Assembly (NCBI GenBank): GCA_000004985.1
Contig: GG738858.1
Length of the DNA: 64,000 bases
Reading direction: 5' to 3' (one strand)
Source: Naegleria gruberi
Lineage: Eukaryota
A program made the translations under genes and the position numbers. Of the stretch, positions 58,063 through 64,000 are shown in pieces. How positions within the stretch are numbered: the stretch's first letter is position 1; each line of letters starts with the position of its first letter. Below the pieces are notes generated by a model, which had not been told where the DNA came from, ran no database searches, and saw only the letters and a program-made list of their open reading frames with translations.

Positions 58063-58967
58063 GGATGTTGGTTTCGATTAAGGAAGAAACCTTCAAACTT
58101 TACACTAGAAACTATAATGGTTTCTTATGGTTTATTACTGCATTCAATATTTCAATGGATGACCCTTATGCTATTGAGTATTATGCAGCTTATCTTACAA
58201 TTCAAGGTCAAACATCTCGTGTTGAAGCCTTGAGACCATCCCTTCAATTTTGGGCCAATATTGAGAGAAGAGTTTTTCCAATTTCATGGTCTTATGATAA
58301 GATTAAAAGAGGAATTACTCTTATTTGGTCCTTGATTGATAGAAAAGCTTTGAAACGTGATCCAATTTTCTATCATCATATTGAAGGTTTCATTCAGAGA
58401 AAAGATCATTATGATCCTTTCATTTTCAAACTCACTAGTGCCATGTTAGTCATTGGTTTCAGACTTTTCGCTAGACCAGGTGAATTAGCTAGACTCAAGT
58501 GGGGTTATGTTACAAAGCTTAGAAATGGTAACATCAAATTAGATCTCAGTGGTCACAAAACAGATTTCTTTCTACTAGAAAAGCCGATTACTATTGACAA
58601 GCATCTTGAAAATCCTTCAGTGTGTCCAGTGAAATTGCTTTTTGATTACATAGACACTGTACAGCATTTCAAAAAAGCAGATTCACCATTGTTTTCATTG
58701 CAGGACAATATTTTCTTCAACACTGAAGATGTTTCTCAACTTATCAAGAATGCTATGTTCTCTGTTGATTCAGAAATCACTGTTTCTGGTCACAGTTTAC
58801 GTATTGGTGCAACTACTGAGAGTATTATCAAGGGAATTCCTACTCAGGATATTATTATGGGGACTAGACATAAGGATGTGAAATCTTTACAACCTTATCA
58901 AAGACAAGAAGCTCTTGCAGCTCGCCACTTGTCTACTACTCTCCTTTCTCGGGACAATATCCATTAG
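56232..58967 (+). CDS. retroelement ORF3: 911-codon frame overlapping pol, C-terminal 300 aa (58065..58967) is the tyrosine recombinase
   Basis: The YR box I/II reads ARPGELARLKWGYV...GHKTD...HSLRIGATTE...GTRHKDVKSLQPYQR. The upstream ~610 codons are a basic R/S/K-rich frame with no stop, although they overlap pol in AT-rich DNA. Confidence 0.6.
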   Translation: MEKVANLPQNCCRMDKRGYSNPFRKRKMDRYSTKISFFRKGRFMVKERNLRFTQNQYYRNWKQGHCHKSDSRGSEERQRPVSSNPRFEIHKCWYKQRLIQNGSYSQNSKVSIKRHVRNQNRFDERLSSRSSEGNRSKVIGIQVQRPDLPLQVPTIRSEHCSKIILQDNEGLSSKMESKRNLGIHLFRRYLSGKSFKRSVDLRQRYSSKGFRRVWIPHSKRQMLFKSNSINRIPRSFVRLSSRFGKNSRRQKDYSFRIHRGATQCFPETALCSMQESCQVPRKVGISNNCQQVPFTIHVSSSKEHGFSSIRKRLARINANSQRRIQGFIDSKGVNSKERWSSVRIGLDSPSDCEFRCNTSRFRHSLRFNRYCWKVQWRRAHQCQGTKSLTALFQTSRRIKSLSRFHKFRIESRQHGSRGISKEGLWIKRRSRKDSKRHLKDSNEKKLVDLQSDLHPIQTEFPSRQVESIDGLGIHQGTNRISQPRIWNTPCGQICNNEFGNYPCIQFMERERRVQKSLGKRTSELLCSSNRIDQSSSHSSYQIQINSDICNSRMELLDLVASTLKAIKEEKKYHKKDAFNQTIIRIMDQIRRNDVHNCSSGWKLILQTRDLGMLVSIKEETFKLYTRNYNGFLWFITAFNISMDDPYAIEYYAAYLTIQGQTSRVEALRPSLQFWANIERRVFPISWSYDKIKRGITLIWSLIDRKALKRDPIFYHHIEGFIQRKDHYDPFIFKLTSAMLVIGFRLFARPGELARLKWGYVTKLRNGNIKLDLSGHKTDFFLLEKPITIDKHLENPSVCPVKLLFDYIDTVQHFKKADSPLFSLQDNIFFNTEDVSQLIKNAMFSVDSEITVSGHSLRIGATTESIIKGIPTQDIIMGTRHKDVKSLQPYQRQEALAARHLSTTLLSRDNIH

Positions 58968-59000
58968 TTTATTTATTGTTGGTTTTCTTTTAAGAAACAT
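58957..59000 (+). repeat. split direct repeat B1 (44 bp)
   Basis: Identical copy at 59778..59821. Confidence 0.8.
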
Positions 59001-59103
59001 GTTCTTATCGAAGTTTACTGAGATAAAGTAGTGTTTCTTGAAAACAACAATTGAATAAACTAATAATAGAAAGTATGCTCAAAAAAATTGTCATACTATG
59101 GTC
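58999..59103 (+). repeat. split direct repeat A2
   Basis: Identical to A1. Confidence 0.85.
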
Positions 59104-59777
59104 CCACCCTTGCCCACCCTCTATTATTATTAGTTTATTCAAATCAAAGGTTCTAACCTTTGTCCTTAATACTTTGGAATGTGATTTTTTAACCAATCCT
59201 CAAATATTTTCTCAATTGATTGAAAGATTTCACTCTATTTGTATTATTGAAAGATGATTGTTATCATCTTTTTATCTTTGTATTATTATTTGATATTTGA
59301 CATCATTTATTGATGTTTTTTATCATGATTGGTGATCTAAAACCAATTGTTGGTGATCTAAAACCGACAGATCAACTTTATGTTGATTAGAAGGTATCTG
59401 ATACCTTTCCCTTACTATTAGTAAGGCAATATGTACTGAACATACCTCTTTTCTCATTCTCGTTTTGATTCGTAAGTGTCAAGACGGTTGAGTAGGTTTT
59501 TTAATTCTTAACTTTTTAGTTTTTACCGATTTTTTTTTTTTTTCCTACAAGAGTAGGTTTTTTTATATGGGAGTTGTTTCTCCAAAAAACAACTTGGTTT
59601 ATTGTCAGATTGCTTTAATTTAGTTTAGTTTTTGCTTTTTGTTAAGAAATCATAGTATGATTGTATTGATTAGTTTATTTAATTTCTGGACCTGCTGAAT
59701 AAAGCTTAATGCCTAAAAACAGCAGTAACCAGGCTACAAACTACCTAAGAATAGGTAGAAGTTGTAGTGTGAGCTTT

Positions 59778-59821
59778 ATATCCATTAGTTTATTTATTGT
59801 TGGTTTTCTTTTAAGAAACAT
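59778..59821 (+). repeat. split direct repeat B2
   Basis: Identical to B1. Confidence 0.8.
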
Positions 59822-59878
59822 ATCAACTGATGGGTAAAAACCACAAACAAACCAACTAGCTGTGACCTTTCAAAAAAA

Positions 59879-61813
59879 ATGCAAAGACCAAACATTTCAC
59901 AGGATTTAGAGTCTCACATTTCCAGCAGCACATCAACAGCTTCATTTTCCAACTTACCTTACGTTAATTCAGAGAAACATCTAATCAAGTCAAATGTCAA
60001 TGGCAAGTCAAGATGTAATTTACCTACAATTCTCTTACTATTATTCATCCTCACAAGTTTGGTGATGATTTTTTATTTGACGTCCAAGCGAGGAGTAAGA
60101 GGAGAAGCCAGAGTATTCCCTGTCACTTATCTAGATGTCGATTTCACAAATTCTGAAAATTTAAAACTCAACCGAGTGAGAGGTCTTTGTAAAATATTCT
60201 TATCAACCTATTATTTGTTTAATTATAATGAAAAATCACCTAATTATGTTCCACCAACAGTTATTGGTGCTGACGGTGCTCCTGAAGCAAAATATAGTAA
60301 GTTTGATGGTTGGCATTTAATTAGTGAAAATTGACATGTGAAATGTAAAGCTCATTGGAAGAAGATTGAGAGGACTTTTCAATTTTTATCGGGTGGAGAG
60401 TCTAACTATATTGATGATCATGATATTATTGTTTTCAGTGATGCAACAGATGTTTTATTCATCAATAATATTGAAAATGTCAAGAAAGTATACGAAACTT
60501 ACTATATCAAGGAAATTGCTAATATTGATTTGAAAGATAGTGAGAGAGATTGGCCTATTGTGTTTATTGCTGAAAAGAATAAGTGGCCACCAAATGATTT
60601 CATTCAAAATATGTTTACAGTAAGTGTTTCTAATAGAATTTACTAATTTTCTCGATTCATACTCTAGGAAGATTGTCATAATTATGTGGGGGTGGGTGGG
60701 TCGTGAAAAAAGGATGTCCATAATTACGTGGTCCAGAGTGGGTCAGAAAGTAGAGCAGAGCAAAAAACAAAAATTGGCAAAAGTAGAGCCGAAGGTTTAT
60801 TAGCCAAGAGTGAGACAGTGTTCAAAGTATCAATTATCACTTGTTCTGCTAGCAACAAGTACTTCTGGGTTCTTGATTGTTTGTGTACCAACAACTTTGG
60901 GCAGGCATTCATCTAGATTGTTATGGTTGAATGTGCTATGGCTGATGTGGAAGGAAGCAAAGGGAGAACTCTCCTCCTGGTACTGATGAAGGTTGGTAGT
61001 TAGCAGGGTGATGAAATCATGAGTAATTGTTGTTTGTTGTTTTTTTTTGTTGAATATAACGGTCAGAACATTCAACTTTCAGCGGTAACATGTTTGGTAG
61101 TGTGAAAAAACTCACATGCAGTGGCCAGGATTTGTTGGGACGATCTTACAGTGAGGTTGGGTGGGTCAAAAAGTGAGGGTCGTAATGACAATCTTCCCTA
61201 TTAGAAAACACCTGAGGAGGAGAATATGGTCGAAAAATACTACTATGACATTAATGGCTATAGAGTTAAGAGAAATTGTGCATCAGCAAATGATAGAATT
61301 TATTTAAATAGTGGACTTTACGTTGGAAGAAAACGTGATATTAGAAAGGCACTTTCCATTGGATTGAATGTGAAAAGAGGTGAACCAAAGGAAAGAATTG
61401 AAGATCAAGCGCTATTCCAATACATTTATGCCACCAATAAGTATCCAATTCTTATGGATTGTGAAAAGAAAATGTTTTACAGTCCATTCTCAGCTTGTGA
61501 TACAATTGTTAGTGAGGAAGAGAAGAAGTGGTCGTGTTCTATTCGTGATGGTCAGGAGGAGACACCAGATAGTGTTGTCTACGTTCATTCAAATGGTGGA
61601 TTTTGTTATTCACTTTGTAATTGTTTCACTTCAATGAAACAAAAAGGAATGTTCAAGAATTTAATGGAACAGTATCAGGACAAGTTGAGTTTCAAGTCGT
61701 ATGATATTAATTCTAGAAAAGTGAGAAGTGTTTTGATGAAATATGCTTGTGGACACTTTGTTGATGAAGATTTCGCTTTGGATTCATGTAATACTCAACC
61801 TCCTCCTGCTTAG
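59879..61813 (+). CDS. type-II membrane GT-A glycosyltransferase, PLOD/LH3-GT-like; join(59879..60619,61205..61813) with an in-frame TGA at 60335..60337
   Basis: The TM anchor is LPTILLLLFILTSLVMIFYL. KAHWKKIERTF..HDIIVFSDATDVLF..PIVFIAEKNKWP..RIYLNSGLYVG..VVYVHSNGG is colinear with the PLOD3 GT domain QKVRWLKKEM..DMIIMFVDSYDVIL..RLLFSAESFCWP..RFLNSGGFIGF..VVHGNG. The 585-nt intron 60620..61204 contains the MITE-like element. Confidence 0.65.
60667..61197. mobile_element. 531-bp non-autonomous TIR element (MITE-like) with 13-bp terminal inverted repeats and 3-bp CTA target-site duplication
   Basis: The left end is GGAAGATTGTCAT (60667..60679). The right end is ATGACAATCTTCC (61185..61197). 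CTA flanks both sides (60664..60666 and 61198..61200). Internally GGGTGGGTC/AAAAAG motifs repeat, and there is no coding capacity. Confidence 0.6.
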
Positions 61814-61839
61814 ATAAAAAGATTTGTTTGATAAAAGGA

Positions 61840-61928
61840 AGGGTGGTACGTGGATCGAACACGTGACCATCGGATGTCTCCTGCAATTAACTTTGCAATC
61901 CGGTGCTCTACCGCTGAGCTAACCGCCC
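61840..61928 (-). tRNA. tRNA-Cys (anticodon GCA) with 17-nt intron after position 37
   Basis: The minus-strand sequence is GGGCGGT-TA-GCTC-AGCGGTA-GAGC-A-CCGGA-TTGCAA[AGTTAATTGCAGGAGAC]A-TCCGA-TGGTC-ACGTG-TTCGATC-CACGT-ACCACCC-T. The intron contains AATTGCA complementary to the anticodon loop. There are C4-A69 and C27-A43 mismatches. Confidence 0.7.
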
Positions 61929-62242
61929 TTGTGTTGCAGTCATAAAATATTAACTTATTGCTGTTAGCATTTATTAAGGTTAAATTGTATTGATGAACAA
62001 TTTATTGTGCTCCCTATGATTTTTCTTCTTGTTAACCATCATTCTCACTATTTTCCCAATCATATTGAGCTAGTAATTCTGTAATCTTTTCGTGTAATTA
62101 AAAAATTAGGAAAAGCTATCATCACACCATGCCATGGATGGCTGGCCTGTTTATCAGGAGGAATCAGTAATTCCTTTATTCACAGAGGCACCACTCTGGT
62201 CCAACTCTGCTGATAGTAATAAAGAATAAGAAAAAAGGTTAG

Positions 62243-62315
62243 CTCCCCCTGGTGGGCTCGAACCACCGACCTGCAGATTAACAGTCTGACGCTCTACCGA
62301 CTGAGCTAAGGGGGA
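62243..62315 (-). tRNA. tRNA-Asn (anticodon GTT), 73 nt
   Basis: The minus-strand sequence is TCCCCCT-TA-GCTC-AGTCGGTA-GAGC-G-TCAGA-CTGTTAA-TCTGC-AGGTC-GGTGG-TTCGAGC-CCACC-AGGGGGA-G. A T6 run lies directly downstream on the gene strand. Confidence 0.85.
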
Positions 62316-62375
62316 TATATCGTTCCAAAAAATTTTATCATTAAAAGCCAAATTATATTAAGGAACCTTTTTTAT

Positions 62376-62750
62376 TCACAACAAGGAAGCCAAACAAGCC
62401 CTATTAATTCTCTGATTATTTCTAGCAAATGTTGATTCTTCATAAAGCTTGCTATTCTTATCAGCTCCACTCAACGTAAAATCAGATTGTTTAGCTAAAA
62501 ATTCAACAAAAGCTTCCTCACTAGCAAACTTTTCAATCGGATCAAAATCACATCCATCATTACAATAAGCCAATACATATTCCGAATTTTCATAAAACAA
62601 CGCCAATCCACAATAATCACGATGATTATTAACAATGTTCTTTCCGGAAACCAAAGCTTTTGCAACTTTAAGAGCAAATTCACTTCCGTATTCAACATTG
62701 GAGAGTTGGGCAATTCTCTCATCAGAGCACCAAGCATGTTCGTTCGTCAT
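62376..62750 (-). CDS. hypothetical protein, 124 aa, ATG start
   Basis: ORF only (MTNEHAWCSDERIAQLSNVEYGSE...). No domain recognised. Confidence 0.3.
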   Translation of the reverse strand: MTNEHAWCSDERIAQLSNVEYGSEFALKVAKALVSGKNIVNNHRDYCGLALFYENSEYVLAYCNDGCDFDPIEKFASEEAFVEFLAKQSDFTLSGADKNSKLYEESTFARNNQRINRACLASLL

Positions 62751-63854
62751 TTTTTTTCTTTAATTGAAGTGGTTGTAAGTACTAAATGTTGATGTATTTT
62801 TTTTAAAGTTCCTAAGGTAAAGTTGCGCAAACATTTTAAATACCTTTTTAAGGTGAGAAGTTCAAATATAGAATTTTTATTGGGAAAGGAAAATTTAATG
62901 AGAAGTGAAATTGGTTGATGATTTATGTAACTTTGAGAAGAATTTTTTCTCAACGAGTAAACTATCTTTTAGACCCTTTATGTTACAGGAAGAGTTCCAA
63001 AAGTTCCAAGAATTTCATCCATGTGCTTTTTTACAATTTGATATATGTCAACAAGAGCTGAAATTACCAATTCGACTGTTTTCGTACAAAGCAAAATGGG
63101 GGGTTCCAGAACCTTCTATTGGTGGTTCCAATGTAAAGTTTTGAATTCTGGAAATCTCTTAATAAAACCTCTCAATTTCTTAAAATCTTACAACCAAACT
63201 TTGCTTTTCGTTTATTATCATGCATGAGATTGAAGGATAGAATACCAGAATTTCATTAATTAATCATGATTACACTCACGATCACAAATTCGTTCAATAC
63301 AATCAGATGTTGATCATGTGTTAGCCATGATGGTGATTAATCATGCCCGATCTCGATTCTTTAATCAAAATTCTGACCCGTATCATGTTAGTAAGGTTAT
63401 GCTGTGGTGTTGAATAGTAACCATTACCTGCTGTTGAGGAATCGAATCGTGTATAATAAGGTATAGAAAGCCACAAGAGAAGTTATGTTGAATTCATTAG
63501 TAATATTACTAATAATAATATTAATGTATTGTCAAGTTGTAACTCTTTGATTTGTTTCATTATTGGAAACTCTCTAGAATTAATAAAAGGTCCTTGATTC
63601 TACTTCTTCAGTAAACTCAATAGGGAAATAATGGCCTTATTTGTTTTGGTTGTTGGACCCAAATTTCAATTCATCAATAACATTAGTAGGAACCAACATC
63701 TTGGAGAAGAATTTCAACAATATGAAAGCATGAAAGTTCTGAATTGAAAATATGAGATCTTATCGGATAGATAATGCAGAACTTTACTGAACTCGTTCAT
63801 TTCAAGTAACGAAACTGACTGTTGACAGGGTTTAGTCTGTTAAAAAAAAAGAAC

Positions 63855-63951
63855 ATGCTCAAGAATACATTGGCTCTATCAGGCGTTGAATTTGATGATG
63901 AAGATCCAGTGTTAGATAGTGAGAACCCTAAAATTCTCTTGTTGGGATCAA
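63855..63951 (+). CDS. first exon of a gene running off the window (MLKNTLALSGVEFDDEDPVLDSENPKILLLGSS, then GTAAGT donor)
   Basis: ATG plus a 32-codon ORF ending at a consensus GTAAGT. A possible P-loop GTPase start (KILLLGSS). Confidence 0.3.
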
Positions 63952-64000
63952 GTAAGTTCTTGTACATTCGCATACAATAAACGAAAGTTCAGATGATTGT

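Larger units (their letters stand above)
54963..59821 (+). mobile_element. tyrosine-recombinase (DIRS-order) retrotransposon with split direct repeats, A1-[gag, RT/RH, YR]-B1/A2-674 bp-B2
   Basis: A1 (54963..55067) is identical to A2 (58999..59103), 105 bp. B1 (58957..59000) is identical to B2 (59778..59821), 44 bp. B1 abuts and overlaps A2 by 2 nt. Internally there is a gag-like ORF, an RT ORF with YLDD and RNase H ...NFLADRLSR, and a C-terminal tyrosine-recombinase domain (R..HSLRIG..RH..Y). Confidence 0.8.

Noticed and set aside
54785-59821. CRISPR-like interpretation of repeated sequences
   Set aside because: The repeats are an (AT)n microsatellite and long retroelement direct repeats. 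There are no short regular repeat-spacer units, and the locus is eukaryotic.
60332-60358. 27-nt GT..AG 'intron' that would remove the in-frame TGA of the glycosyltransferase gene
   Set aside because: It is far shorter than any verified intron in this window (minimum 36 nt) and lacks a pyrimidine-rich acceptor. The TGA is reported as a finding instead.
60724-61075. Three small ORFs (60728..60916 +, 60724..60912 -, 60830..61075 -)
   Set aside because: They lie entirely inside the TIR-bounded non-coding element. They overlap each other and have no protein-like composition.
62154-62351. 65-aa minus-strand ORF
   Set aside because: Overlaps the tRNA-Asn gene on the same strand; it is an ORF-caller artefact.

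Overview
This is a compact, AT-rich eukaryotic nuclear window, not a prokaryotic one. It has spliceosomal introns of about 36-105 nt with GTAAGT/GTATGT donors and yAG acceptors, an intron-containing tRNA, a 5S rRNA gene, and poly-N/Q/H tracts in the proteins. Gene density is roughly one gene per 1.8-2 kb. The 5S sequence looks dictyostelid-like to me, and a DIRS-order tyrosine-recombinase retrotransposon is present, so a dictyostelid-like amoebozoan with a compact genome is the best taxonomic guess; this is inference. I support about 30 protein genes, many multi-exon and several mis-split in the ORF track, and I give splice joins derived by hand. I also find three tRNA genes (Arg-ACG; Cys-GCA with a 17-nt intron; Asn-GTT), a 5S rRNA gene with an adjacent degenerate 5S-like remnant, and a 4.9-kb tyrosine-recombinase retrotransposon. 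The retrotransposon carries split direct repeats (A1-ORFs-B1/A2-B2) and a 911-codon overlapping open frame. A 531-bp TIR-bounded, MITE-like element with a 3-bp TSD sits inside the single intron of a PLOD-like glycosyltransferase gene. Other items worth a second look: a protein kinase fused to a HECT E3 ligase; tandem PPPDE/DeSI-type peptidase paralogs, one of them truncated next to the retroelement; and an in-frame TGA interrupting the conserved glycosyltransferase domain. Coordinates of hand-derived splice sites may be off by a few nucleotides. All functional calls rest on remembered motifs only; no database search was possible.
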